The position numbers and the translations under genes were made by a program. From a virus, in IMG/VR virus record IMGVR_UViG_3300036791_000400, positions 2,650 through 66,649 of that record: a stretch of 64,000 nucleotides of DNA; one strand, given 5' to 3'. Of this stretch, positions 19,139 to 28,976 are shown in pieces (position 1 is the stretch's first letter; the number at the start of each line of letters is the position of its first letter). The notes beneath the pieces are model-generated. The model did not search any database, was not told the origin of the DNA, and was given only the letters and a program-made list of their open reading frames with translations.

Positions 19139-19708
19139 ATGTTCTTGGAGAACGTAACACCCTATGGTAGGGGTTGGTGTATGCCATACACTGATCCTGT
19201 GCTTCGTGCTGAAGCGGCTAAGGTCGCGCAGCGCCGTTACCGTGAACGACACAACCGTGAACCAGTTTTCTTGTTCAAGGCGCATCAAGCGAACGCTCGC
19301 TCTCGCGGCATCCCGTTCCTACTGACCTTCGAGGAATGGTGGGGCCTCTGGCAAGCCAGTGGTAAGTGGGACCAACGCGGCAACACAAGCCAGCAATACT
19401 GCATGGCGCGTCGTGGCGATGTCGGTGGATATGAGATCGACAACGTCGAGATCGTTACCAACTTCAAAAACCGTGGTGACCGTATCCGGAACAAACCAAT
19501 CGTAGGTGAACGCAACGGAGCCTATGGCAAGAACTATTGGGCGTCGTCCAGTGCAAAGGAACGTAAGCTGCGAAAGGCAGCGATCAGCGCGAAGCTGAAA
19601 GGTAAACCGAAGGGCAAACAGATGAGCGAACGGCTGTCGAAGACTGCGACTGGGCGCAAGAAACTAGTTCTGCCTTCTGGTAAATGGACGTGGGTCTACC
19701 CTGAATGA
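19139..19708 (+). CDS. HNH-like homing endonuclease
   Basis: RGIPFLLTFEEWW...MARRGDVGGYEIDNV; basic NUMOD3-like tail; lower GC. Confidence 0.75.
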   Translation: MFLENVTPYGRGWCMPYTDPVLRAEAAKVAQRRYRERHNREPVFLFKAHQANARSRGIPFLLTFEEWWGLWQASGKWDQRGNTSQQYCMARRGDVGGYEIDNVEIVTNFKNRGDRIRNKPIVGERNGAYGKNYWASSSAKERKLRKAAISAKLKGKPKGKQMSERLSKTATGRKKLVLPSGKWTWVYPE

Positions 19709-22700
19709 CCGACACACTCCGCATCAAGCGCCGCACCAGCGGTGCTGTTGGTCCACCGTCCGCGCTCGGCAATGCCGAGATTGCGTTCAACGAGATGGAC
19801 AACACGCTCTACTACGGCAAGGGCGGCACGCCGGCTGCGGCGTCATCGATCATTCCGATTGCCGGCACGGGTGCGTATCTGCCCTTGACTGGGGGCGCAC
19901 TAAGCGGCGGGCTTGGGTTTGGCAGCACTAACGCTGCATCAACGAGTGATCTGACCCGGCACATCGCCCTGTGGGCGGCGACGGTAGGTTTCAACGTCAC
20001 CGCTAACCGCCTCAATATCATCACGGCATCCGTCACCAGCACGGTGTTCGTCAACAACGCCAACGATATTCTGACGCTGTCGCCCGCTGCGTTGTTCACC
20101 CTGGGTGGTCCGACACAGAACCGATTGATCATCACACCGCCCGCTGCCTCCACCACCAACGTGGCGATTGCCACCTCTGGCACGGCAGGGATCACGGTCC
20201 AGACCTCGCTGACGATGCCGGTCAATCAGCCGATCCAGCTCGTCAATGCGTCGTCCCAGCTAATGGCCACCGGGAACGACGGCGTATCGATGACCACGAC
20301 CAACACGATCCTGTCATCGTTCAACGGCCTCGGCTTTGCCAGCGGGATCAACTCCGCTGGCGTGGCGGTTCCGCTCGGGTTGAATGCAATTTGGATGGGG
20401 CTGCGTGGCGGTAGCATATTCGGCCTGGGCAACGTCAATTTTTCCGGTGTTGCTAATAATGTCGTCAGCTCATTAGGTAACCTCTCGTTTCGCCGGTCGG
20501 GCACCGACCAGCAGATTTACCTCGACGTAAATACCAATGTGCCGTCGCTCACGTCGAGCACGCCGGCAGCCGGCGGCACCGGTGTCGCTGTCAACGATCA
20601 CTACTACGACGCCTACAACAACCTGTACGTGGTCACGGCGGTTGATGGAACCACTGCCGCGACCACGATCTCCATGCTTTCAGCCGCCGCGCGCACGGGT
20701 GTGCCACCAGCCAATCCGATCGCGCTGACCGCATCGCCCTCTTACACAGGCACCGGGATCACGGTGAACCTGACCTGGACCCCGCCGGCGCGATTGCTGA
20801 TCCAGAACAACGTCGCAGCCGGCACGCTGGCACTCGGTGCCCCTGGCGGCATCTCGATGCTCAACCCGGTCACGCTGGCCGCTGATCCAACGACCGCGCT
20901 CGGAGCCGCCACCAAGCAATACGCCGACAAAATGCTGCCATTGACGGGCGGCGCACTGAGCGGTGGGCTCAGCTTCGGCAGCACGGCGATAGGCACGACT
21001 ACCGACCTGTCACGACACATCGCGCTATACGGCACCACCTACGGGTTCAACGTCAGCTCCAGTCGGCTCAATTATGTCGGTCCAACCAACGCCACTCACC
21101 GCTTTGTAATCAACGCAGTCGACGTTGGCTGGTTCAGCAACACCGGGCTCACGATGGGCGCCGGCACCGCGATCACCTTGGTTGCCGACCCCACCACCGC
21201 ACTCCAGGCCGCGACCAAGCAATATGTGGATAACATGGTGCCGGTGACGATCAGCGACACCGCGCCATCGGCGGGTGTGCTCGCGGGCGATCTCTGGTGG
21301 GACAGCGTCGGAACACAATTGTATATAAGGTTCAACGATGGCACCTCGACCCAATGGGTTGCCTCTACCAATGCACCGTCGAGCGGTACCACGTTCGCGG
21401 TTGCGTCGATTGCCGCGCTGCGGGCACTGACCGCCACATCCCTGCTATATCCCTCGGTGGTGACGGTCGAGGGCTATACCGGCATCAACACCAGGGGTGG
21501 CGGAAACTTCGTTTATGTGTCGAGCGATACCACGACGGCGGACGATGGCGGCACGGTGATCGTCGATGCCGCCAGCCGGCGATGGTGGCGGCAGAACTGG
21601 AACAGCGATGCCACCAATGTATGCTGGTTCGGTGCGGTCGGCGACAACACCGCCGACGACACAACCGCGTTCAACAACGCGTTGGCCTTCATTGCGACCC
21701 TGGGCGGGGGCAAGTTGTATATCCCAGGCGGAACTTACAAGACCACCGGCACACTCAATTATTCCGCTGGCTTCCTGACAATCATGGGCGATGGCAAGCA
21801 GAGCGTCATCGCGATGACCAGCCTGACCCTGGATACGCTCGTGTTCACCGGTTCAGATATTACGCTGACCGACTTCAGGATTACCCATCCCTATAACACC
21901 GTCACCGCCGGTGTGGTGCTCAAGTTCCTGAATGCCAACAACGCCAAACTCACCCGTCTCTGGGTCGATGGTGGCTATCACTGCGTGCAGTTCCTGGGAA
22001 GCACCACGACGACTACCTACCGGGCGACAATCCATGATTGCAATTTTGTTAACATCATCTGTAACGGTGTTTTTTACGACCAATATTTCGGCGGCGTCGG
22101 CACCATTAGCAATCTTGAACTACTAGCCGCGCCCGGTCAGACATCGAGCGGGCCGCGTGCTGGTAATGGGATTATCGTTTATGCTGGCGACACCTTCACA
22201 TGGACCAATATAAATGCTGCCGGTTTTTATATGGGGATCAATATCGTCTCCAAACCGGGCGGCATCGAGTATGCGGCCAATTTCCTTTGCACCAATGTCC
22301 TGGGCGACAGCAACGGCTACTCCGGTCTGGGTCACGGTTGGACGATGGACGGAACCGCTACCGCCAACAGCATCAAATCTGGTACTCCCGGTGTCACGCG
22401 TGTGTTCCTGTCGAGTTGCTGGTCCGGCGGAATGGACGCGAACGGTTTCAACCTCGTCAATGTCACTCACGTTTCGCTGAATGGCTGCGTCGCAATTGCC
22501 AGCGGGTTGAATGGCGTCAACATCCAAAGTCCGTGCGCCGACATCACGCTCACCGGGTGCCATATCTATTGGAGTTCGCGACTGACACCGAACACCTGGG
22601 GCGGTGTTCTGGTCACGAATGCGACTGACTTCAGCATCGTTGGCTGCTCCATCAAACCGACCGGATACTGGCTGGGGGGAAATCCGATAGACGGGTCGCA

Positions 22701-22860
22701 GAACACGCAAAAATGGGCCGTTGAGATTTCTGGTGGGACCCCGAACTGCGACCGCTACATCATCACGAATAACGACGTTTCCGGCAATCTCGGCGCGACC
22801 GCGATCGTTGATGGCGGCCTCGGGGTTGCGAAGCTGATCAACAACAACATGGGCGGATGA
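19705..22860 (+). CDS. Tail spike with pectate-lyase-like beta-helix (candidate depolymerase)
   Basis: Same Mtd_N-like start as 17236; FGAVGDNTADDTTAFNNAL...GGGKLYIPGGTY followed by Asn/Gly beta-helix repeats. Confidence 0.85.
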   Translation: MTDTLRIKRRTSGAVGPPSALGNAEIAFNEMDNTLYYGKGGTPAAASSIIPIAGTGAYLPLTGGALSGGLGFGSTNAASTSDLTRHIALWAATVGFNVTANRLNIITASVTSTVFVNNANDILTLSPAALFTLGGPTQNRLIITPPAASTTNVAIATSGTAGITVQTSLTMPVNQPIQLVNASSQLMATGNDGVSMTTTNTILSSFNGLGFASGINSAGVAVPLGLNAIWMGLRGGSIFGLGNVNFSGVANNVVSSLGNLSFRRSGTDQQIYLDVNTNVPSLTSSTPAAGGTGVAVNDHYYDAYNNLYVVTAVDGTTAATTISMLSAAARTGVPPANPIALTASPSYTGTGITVNLTWTPPARLLIQNNVAAGTLALGAPGGISMLNPVTLAADPTTALGAATKQYADKMLPLTGGALSGGLSFGSTAIGTTTDLSRHIALYGTTYGFNVSSSRLNYVGPTNATHRFVINAVDVGWFSNTGLTMGAGTAITLVADPTTALQAATKQYVDNMVPVTISDTAPSAGVLAGDLWWDSVGTQLYIRFNDGTSTQWVASTNAPSSGTTFAVASIAALRALTATSLLYPSVVTVEGYTGINTRGGGNFVYVSSDTTTADDGGTVIVDAASRRWWRQNWNSDATNVCWFGAVGDNTADDTTAFNNALAFIATLGGGKLYIPGGTYKTTGTLNYSAGFLTIMGDGKQSVIAMTSLTLDTLVFTGSDITLTDFRITHPYNTVTAGVVLKFLNANNAKLTRLWVDGGYHCVQFLGSTTTTTYRATIHDCNFVNIICNGVFYDQYFGGVGTISNLELLAAPGQTSSGPRAGNGIIVYAGDTFTWTNINAAGFYMGINIVSKPGGIEYAANFLCTNVLGDSNGYSGLGHGWTMDGTATANSIKSGTPGVTRVFLSSCWSGGMDANGFNLVNVTHVSLNGCVAIASGLNGVNIQSPCADITLTGCHIYWSSRLTPNTWGGVLVTNATDFSIVGCSIKPTGYWLGGNPIDGSQNTQKWAVEISGGTPNCDRYIITNNDVSGNLGATAIVDGGLGVAKLINNNMGG

Positions 22861-23117
22861 TGAGCGACTATACAGACCCGGCAACACTGCCGGTCATTCC
22901 CGTCCCTGACAGTGTAACGCCGGGCTGTCCGTTCATCCCGGCGGGAGAGACGGAGTGCGGCGCAAAGATGCGCGAGCGGACCGAGCAGGACAATATCGTC
23001 ATCCATATCTTCTCCTGCCATATCTGCGGTTATCAATGGGAGTCCAGGCAAGACCTGCTGCGGGCACGGTGGAGGACTAACGAGAAGGGCGAACTGATCG
23101 GGCGGTCCGATGTATAA
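22857..23117 (+). CDS. Small Cys-containing protein
   Basis: CP..., ECG and CHICG motifs; overlaps both neighbours. Confidence 0.6.
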   Translation: MMSDYTDPATLPVIPVPDSVTPGCPFIPAGETECGAKMRERTEQDNIVIHIFSCHICGYQWESRQDLLRARWRTNEKGELIGRSDV

Positions 23118-24576
23118 TTTCCCCGACGCGCCGACCACCAACCAGCAAGTCAACAATGGTGGCGCGAGCTACTATTACGATGGCGTTAAATGGGTGTCCG
23201 GCATGGCACCCGTCAACACCATCACTTCCTTCAATGGCAGGGTCGGCGCAGTTACCCTGACCCCGGCCGATCTCACCGGCGCGTCTGGTTTTCTCGCCAC
23301 CGGCGGCACCATCAGTGGCACCACTACGATCACCGGCAATCTTACGGTTAGCACCTCCTTCACTCTGTCCGCCGCGCAGATCACCGGTCCGCAGTTCCAA
23401 ACCGGCAACGTCACAGGTGCGGCGAATTACCTTCTGATTACCGGCGGGACCAGCACCAACCCCGCTACCCTCGCGGCGGCAGGATCAGCGGCCAACCTCA
23501 GTCTTCCGTTGACCCCGAAGGGCACCGGCAACGTCCAGGTGACCGCGAACCCGCTGCTATTGGCGGCGGACCCCACGGCGTTGCTTCATGCCGCGACTAA
23601 AAATTACGTAGACTCGCGACCAATCGCTGTCGCGACCGTGCCGACCTACATCCAGAACGGTATGTTCTCCGTTGCCCAACGCGGCCAGGGACCGTGGACC
23701 ACGAGCGTCACCACCATCGACCGCTGGCGCCTCAACGTCGTCACCGACACCGTGAGCGTGACCCAGTTCGCGCTGGCCGATGCCGACCGCACCGCAATCG
23801 GTGACGAGACCGCGCGCTACGGGTTCCAGAACGTGTTTACCGGCAACGCCGCAGCGGGCGCGTTTAACGAAGTGATGCAGCAGGTCGAGTTTGTGAACCG
23901 GCTCTCTGGCAAGACCGTCACGATTAGCTTCTGGGCCAGGAGAACCGCAGGCACAGCCGCCGCTGTTGGTGTCAATGCGAGCCAGAATTTCGGCACTGGC
24001 GGCTCGCCGTCGGCCACCGTCAATGTGCTGACGACCGGTATCAACATCCCGATCACCGCTTCCTGGGCGCGCTACTCGGCGACCATCGCGTTGCCTACCA
24101 TCTCCGGCAAAGTCCTCGGTACCAATCTTAACGACCATACCCAGATCAGGATCGGCTTTTCCTCCGGTGCCACCTTCAATGCCTTCTTCGGCAACATTGG
24201 CGTGCAGAGCGGTACTGTGCAAATATGGGGCGTGCAAGTGCAGGACGGCGGCGCCGCCGGGCCGTTCTGGAAGGCCGACCCCTCGATAGATTTGCTGCAA
24301 TGCCAACGTTACTACCAGACCGGCGTGGCCGGCTTGCTGGGGTATTTTGCTACTACGTCAGGCTACGCGATGGGCGCCTATTTTTCGCTTCCCGTGCCGA
24401 TGCGAACCACGCCAATTTATGTCTTTTTCCAGAATGCAGGATCGTCTGGCGGCAATGGTTCCATACTGTCATCGACGCCGTCGCCTCAGGCGGTTTTTCA
24501 GTTCCTTGTGGCAGCCACTGCGGTCGGCACCGGCAACGTGTATGGCACTTTCACCGCAACAGCGGACAACTTCTAA
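23110..24576 (+). CDS. Tail fibre protein with carbohydrate-binding-like domain
   Basis: NFPDAPT..Q start, NG.F.VAQRG, GKTVTISFWAR, L..CQRYYQ motifs. Confidence 0.82.
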   Translation: MYNFPDAPTTNQQVNNGGASYYYDGVKWVSGMAPVNTITSFNGRVGAVTLTPADLTGASGFLATGGTISGTTTITGNLTVSTSFTLSAAQITGPQFQTGNVTGAANYLLITGGTSTNPATLAAAGSAANLSLPLTPKGTGNVQVTANPLLLAADPTALLHAATKNYVDSRPIAVATVPTYIQNGMFSVAQRGQGPWTTSVTTIDRWRLNVVTDTVSVTQFALADADRTAIGDETARYGFQNVFTGNAAAGAFNEVMQQVEFVNRLSGKTVTISFWARRTAGTAAAVGVNASQNFGTGGSPSATVNVLTTGINIPITASWARYSATIALPTISGKVLGTNLNDHTQIRIGFSSGATFNAFFGNIGVQSGTVQIWGVQVQDGGAAGPFWKADPSIDLLQCQRYYQTGVAGLLGYFATTSGYAMGAYFSLPVPMRTTPIYVFFQNAGSSGGNGSILSSTPSPQAVFQFLVAATAVGTGNVYGTFTATADNF

Positions 24577-24586
24577 GGGTACTTAA

Positions 24587-26362
24587 ATGGCTGGCTGGGT
24601 CACCAAGGATTTCGGCGGCGAGATACCACGGCAGAACTCGCGCCTGCTGCCGCCCCAGATGGCTGAGGAGGCAGTCAACGTGGACCTCGGCTCGGGCATG
24701 CTGACCGGGTTGCCGCAGCCGCAGTTCGTGGTCGACCTGACCTCGGTGGCGAGCTACCCGGATGTGCGCAAGGCGTACCGGATACCGGGACCGACCCCGG
24801 ACCAGCCCGACGTGTGGGCGCCCCTGCCCAGCGAATTCTCCTCGGTGTGCCGTTCGCCGTTGGCCAACGACACCATGCACCGGTTCTACTGGACCAACCC
24901 GCCGGGGTCTCCGTTGGCGGGGGCGTGGTGGAGCACCTATGAGTGGATCGCCGCCGGCAATACGCCGCCGCCCTACAATATCGGCTTCATCGCGCCCGAC
25001 CCGCGCATCGAACTCTGGGTGACCACCAGCGGGGGCACCACCGACGGATCGCTGCCGTATGTGGCGCGCTCGTATTGTTTCACTTATATCGACATTTATG
25101 GTTCGGAGAGTTCACCCACGCTGCCGTCGGCGGTGATCGACGGACCACCGGACGCGACCTGGACCCTGAACGGTCTGCAAACCACGCCGCCCGGATCACC
25201 CTCCGGCAAGAACTATCCCGCGATCGCCTCGATGCGGATATATCGTACTATTACCGGGGCGAGCACCGGCGCACAGTTCTACATGATCCAGGATATCCCG
25301 TTCGGATCGAGCACGTTCGTGGACACGATACCTGATACCACGATCGTCAACAATAATTTATTACAGAGCGCCAGCTGGGCGTCCCCGCCGGACGGGCTCG
25401 ACGGTCTCGTATCCATGACCGGCGGGATGCTGATCGGGTTCACCGCCAACACGGTGCATTTCTGTGAACCGGACCGGCCGCACGCATGGCCCGCCGGCTA
25501 CGACCAGAGCCTGATGTATCCCATCGTGGGGTTCGCGATCTGGCAACAGGCGCTGATTGTATTAACCAAGGGCTTCCCGTCCTCGGGCACCGGCAACTCG
25601 CCGTCGCAGTTCACCTTCGCGCAGATACAAGTACCTGAGCCGTGCATCTCGCGCGGCTCGATCATCACCGATCTGTTCGGGGTGTATTACGCATCCCAGA
25701 ACGGCCTGGTGATGTTGAATTATTTCGGCATGCAGAACCAGACGCTTTCCAACATGACCAAGAACATCTGGCTGACCGAGTATCAGGCCGAGCACATCAT
25801 CGCGTGTCGGCACCGTGCCCAGTATCTGGCGATCAACGGCACCGGGATGGGGTTCCTGATCGACTACACCGAGCAGCGCATGGGGATCATGCACGTCTCT
25901 CCGATGGTCGATACAGTGTCGGTGTGGAACGATATCTACACCGGCAACGCCTACATGATCGCCAACAACGTGGTGTATCTGTGGGACAGTCCCGACACCC
26001 CGCCGCTGAACTATCGCTGGCGCTCCAAGCAGTTCTATCTGCCGGCACCCGTATCATTGGGCGCGTGCCAGATATCGCTGGAGCCCAGTGTATCCTTTCC
26101 GGCGCCACCACCGTCGGCCCCGCCGCCGGAACATGGTGATCCCTCGGTCGAGCTGCCGCCCGGGGTGAACGCACTGTTCCGGCTGTTCGTGGGACCCGAT
26201 GGCGAAAATCTGATCCTCACCCAGTACCTGACCCAGCCCCGGTGTATCTTCCGGCTGCCGTCGGGCCGCAAGGCGTTCAACTGGCAGTTCGAGATCGTCG
26301 CCAACTGTGCGGTGCACTCGGTCGAGCTGGCCTCCACCATGCGCGAACTGAAGGGCATCTGA
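24587..26362 (+). CDS. Tail nozzle / tubular protein B
   Basis: FGGEIPR start, F.EP..PHAWP..Y, PC.SRGSI, YAS..GLV, WRSK.F motifs. Confidence 0.78.
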   Translation: MAGWVTKDFGGEIPRQNSRLLPPQMAEEAVNVDLGSGMLTGLPQPQFVVDLTSVASYPDVRKAYRIPGPTPDQPDVWAPLPSEFSSVCRSPLANDTMHRFYWTNPPGSPLAGAWWSTYEWIAAGNTPPPYNIGFIAPDPRIELWVTTSGGTTDGSLPYVARSYCFTYIDIYGSESSPTLPSAVIDGPPDATWTLNGLQTTPPGSPSGKNYPAIASMRIYRTITGASTGAQFYMIQDIPFGSSTFVDTIPDTTIVNNNLLQSASWASPPDGLDGLVSMTGGMLIGFTANTVHFCEPDRPHAWPAGYDQSLMYPIVGFAIWQQALIVLTKGFPSSGTGNSPSQFTFAQIQVPEPCISRGSIITDLFGVYYASQNGLVMLNYFGMQNQTLSNMTKNIWLTEYQAEHIIACRHRAQYLAINGTGMGFLIDYTEQRMGIMHVSPMVDTVSVWNDIYTGNAYMIANNVVYLWDSPDTPPLNYRWRSKQFYLPAPVSLGACQISLEPSVSFPAPPPSAPPPEHGDPSVELPPGVNALFRLFVGPDGENLILTQYLTQPRCIFRLPSGRKAFNWQFEIVANCAVHSVELASTMRELKGI

Positions 26363-26363
26363 C

Positions 26364-26582
26364 ATGCCGCAAACCACGTTCAGCAATCCCAACGTGCCGC
26401 ACATCCAGCGGCCACTGGCTGAGCTGGGCTCGCTGGCCACGGTGACCGAGAGCCTGCGTCAGGGCGTCGAAAGCCTGGGTGGCCACCGTGGCGGACCCCT
26501 GGACCGCGCGGTGACGTTGCAGGACCTGGTGATACTCGGGCTGACCACCGAGGCACAGATCATGGCCGTGCTGAAGAACTGA
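26364..26582 (+). CDS. Small tail-associated protein
   Basis: LR..VE.L.G.RG..LDRAVT..DL..LGL pattern after nozzle gene. Confidence 0.7.
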   Translation: MPQTTFSNPNVPHIQRPLAELGSLATVTESLRQGVESLGGHRGGPLDRAVTLQDLVILGLTTEAQIMAVLKN

Positions 26583-27043
26583 TGGCCGCCACCATTCACA
26601 TCAACGAGGAGCGCGACGGCGATTGGGTGATGACCCGCGTCGGCGGCGTGTTCAACGACAAGACCGACCACGTGATCGCGCTGCATCGCGACGGCCGCAC
26701 CTGTGGCGGCGTGGTGTTCACCGGCTATCTGGGCGCGTCCATCATGCTCCACATGGCGGGCAACGAGACCAACTGGGCGACACCCGATTTTCTCTGGATG
26801 GTGTTCGACTACGGGTTCAACCAGCTGGGCTGTCGCAAGCTGGTGGGCCTGGTGCCGGCGACCAACCACAGGGCACTCTCGGTGGATATCAGGCTGGGGT
26901 TCACCATCGAAGCCAGGCTCGCTGACATGATGACGGACGGGTCTGACCTGCTGATCCTCAGCATGACCAAGTCAGCGTGCAAGTGGCTGCGCTATGCCCC
27001 GCGTCACTACCGTAGTAATCTTGCGAACCTGGAGGTCAGATAA
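26582..27043 (+). CDS. GNAT-family acetyltransferase-like protein
   Basis: FDY.FNQLGC.KL.GLV...N.RAL....RLGF..E motif. Confidence 0.85.
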   Translation: MAATIHINEERDGDWVMTRVGGVFNDKTDHVIALHRDGRTCGGVVFTGYLGASIMLHMAGNETNWATPDFLWMVFDYGFNQLGCRKLVGLVPATNHRALSVDIRLGFTIEARLADMMTDGSDLLILSMTKSACKWLRYAPRHYRSNLANLEVR

Positions 27044-27464
27044 AATGGGCATGGTAGGCTTTAAGCGCATCAGACCGCTTCTTGCGGGTCTCCGCGCTCT
27101 GTGGCCGACTGTGCTGCTCCGCATTGTTGGTCGCCGCCCGGCAAATGCGCACGTTGCCGACGGCGTATGGCCCGGTGTCGCCAAACCTGGCCATGACGTA
27201 CTGGTTAGGGTTGCTGCCGCGCTGTGTCCATTTCCGGCTTCGTTGCCAAAGTCCCCACCACTCGTCGAACGTCAGCAAAAAATCGATACTCCGACGACGA
27301 GCGCGGTCTTGGTGGCGCATGTAAGCATTGCGCTCTGGGTTTTGCGCACGCCATTTCTGTACCGCTTTGTTGGTATGCTTTTGCCGCTCGCCGGGGTGGG
27401 CGTCATACCAAGCCTGTTTGCTCTCAGGGTGCGCCGCACGCCATTTTTCCCATCCACTGGCCAT
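27036..27464 (-). CDS. HNH-like homing endonuclease, antisense to the late operon
   Basis: Paralogue of 19139-19708: FLLTFDEWWGLWQ, QY.MAR.GD.GPY.VGNV; NUMOD3-like QSAETRKKRS; ORF open to 27500. Confidence 0.75.
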   Translation of the reverse strand: MASGWEKWRAAHPESKQAWYDAHPGERQKHTNKAVQKWRAQNPERNAYMRHQDRARRRSIDFLLTFDEWWGLWQRSRKWTQRGSNPNQYVMARFGDTGPYAVGNVRICRAATNNAEQHSRPQSAETRKKRSDALKAYHAHFI

Positions 27465-27486
27465 ACTCAACTTATAGGAGGATAGA

Positions 27487-28314
27487 TTGGGGGGTGGCAA
27501 GGGCGGGGCACCCGCAGCACCTAACTATGCACCGATCGCCGCATCTGACATGCAGGCGGCGCAGCTGGACGCGCAGACCTCGAAGGACCAGCTCGACTGG
27601 GCGAAGCAGCAATACGCCGACCAGGCGCCCTATACCAAGGCGTTCATGCAGTCGGCCGCCGATGCGCAGGACGCAGAGACCCAGTCGGCCAAAGAGGCGC
27701 AGGATTACTACAAGAGCACCTACCAGCCGATCGAGACCCAGTTCGCTCAGCAGGCGCAGGGCTGGAACACCCCGGCGCGTGCCGCCTCGGAAGCAGGCCG
27801 GGCCGAGGCGGATGTGGCGTCTTCGTTCGACCAGCAGCGCACCGCCGCATTGTCGTCACTGGAGGGCTACGGCATCGACCCGAGCCAGACCCGCTACGGC
27901 GCGCTTGATCTGGGTACCAGGATATCCCAGGCCGCCGCCACGGCATCGGCGGGCACTCAGTCAAGGCTCAATACCGAGGCCACCGGGCTCGCCCTGGAGG
28001 GCGAGGCGATCAACACCGGCCGGGGCTACCCCAGTCAGGTGGCGCAGTCGTACTCGACCGCCACCGGCTCTGGTTCGCAGGGCGTCACGGCGGGGCTGAA
28101 CACCAGTTCAACCTATGGCAACATGATGGGCTCGCCGACCCAGTGGTCTGGGTTGGCGAACCAGTCGCTGGCCGGTGCCGCCAACACCATGAACATGGGC
28201 TTCAACAACCAGATGGCCGGATTTAATGCCAACGCCGGGATCGCGGCGAACCAGTCCTCGGGCATCGGCGGGTTGGTCGGTGCCGGCATCGTAGCCGGGG
28301 GCATCGCGATATGA
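27487..28314 (+). CDS. Internal virion (ejection) protein
   Basis: MGGGKGGAPAAPNY start (TTG with AGGAGG SD), Ala/Gln/Gly-rich, hydrophobic C-terminus. Confidence 0.75.
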   Translation: MGGGKGGAPAAPNYAPIAASDMQAAQLDAQTSKDQLDWAKQQYADQAPYTKAFMQSAADAQDAETQSAKEAQDYYKSTYQPIETQFAQQAQGWNTPARAASEAGRAEADVASSFDQQRTAALSSLEGYGIDPSQTRYGALDLGTRISQAAATASAGTQSRLNTEATGLALEGEAINTGRGYPSQVAQSYSTATGSGSQGVTAGLNTSSTYGNMMGSPTQWSGLANQSLAGAANTMNMGFNNQMAGFNANAGIAANQSSGIGGLVGAGIVAGGIAI

Positions 28315-28976
28315 TCGATCAGACCCTGCTGACCCAGGTATCGCAGGTGGCGCTGGAGCGCGGCGTGCGGCTGTTGCAGGGCTATCGGCTGGCCGATACT
28401 GACTACGATCACATGATGGTCCTGCTGGGCATGCTGGGGCCGCAGCTGGGCGCACGCATCCTGGACGTGGGTTCCGGGTTCGGCGAAGCGGCGCACCTGC
28501 TGCGGGTCATGCGGCCCGATCTGAAATTCATGCTGCTCAACAACAATCGGTTCCAGCTCGCCCACACACCCGAGGACCTGTCCAGCTGGTACGGGGATAT
28601 GCACGACGTGCCGTTCAGCAACGGCAGCTTCGACGTGGCGATGTTCCTGTACTCGCTGTGTCATGCCGACGATCTGGGCCAGGTGCTGCGCGAGGCGGCG
28701 CGGGTGACGCGCCCCGGCGGCATGCTGTTCGTGTATGACTATGTGCGCGACGCCGGCGATGATCTCCTGGCTGAACGGATGCTGTGTTCGCACTTCTTTA
28801 CCGCGTCGGTGCTACGCATCGCGCTTGACGACGCGGGCTGGAACGCGCCGGTGTTCTATCGGTTGACCACCGGCAACGACGCGGTGTTCCGTCGCATGGT
28901 CGGCGACGATGTGGAGAACTACCAACGCATTATGCGCGACCTCACTCCGGTAGTGATCAAGGCGTGGCGGGAATGA
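28311..28976 (+). CDS. Class I SAM-dependent methyltransferase
   Basis: ILDVGSGFG, GDMHDVPFSNGSFD, EAARVTRPGG. Confidence 0.9.
   Translation: MIDQTLLTQVSQVALERGVRLLQGYRLADTDYDHMMVLLGMLGPQLGARILDVGSGFGEAAHLLRVMRPDLKFMLLNNNRFQLAHTPEDLSSWYGDMHDVPFSNGSFDVAMFLYSLCHADDLGQVLREAARVTRPGGMLFVYDYVRDAGDDLLAERMLCSHFFTASVLRIALDDAGWNAPVFYRLTTGNDAVFRRMVGDDVENYQRIMRDLTPVVIKAWRE

Noticed and set aside
17236-22860. Diversity-generating retroelement, suggested by Mtd_N-like fibre heads
   Set aside because: No reverse transcriptase ORF and no template/variable repeat pair differing only at adenines was seen
27045-27486. Group I or II intron
   Set aside because: Nearly the whole interval is endonuclease ORF, leaving no room for a ribozyme core; no conserved intron motifs recognised
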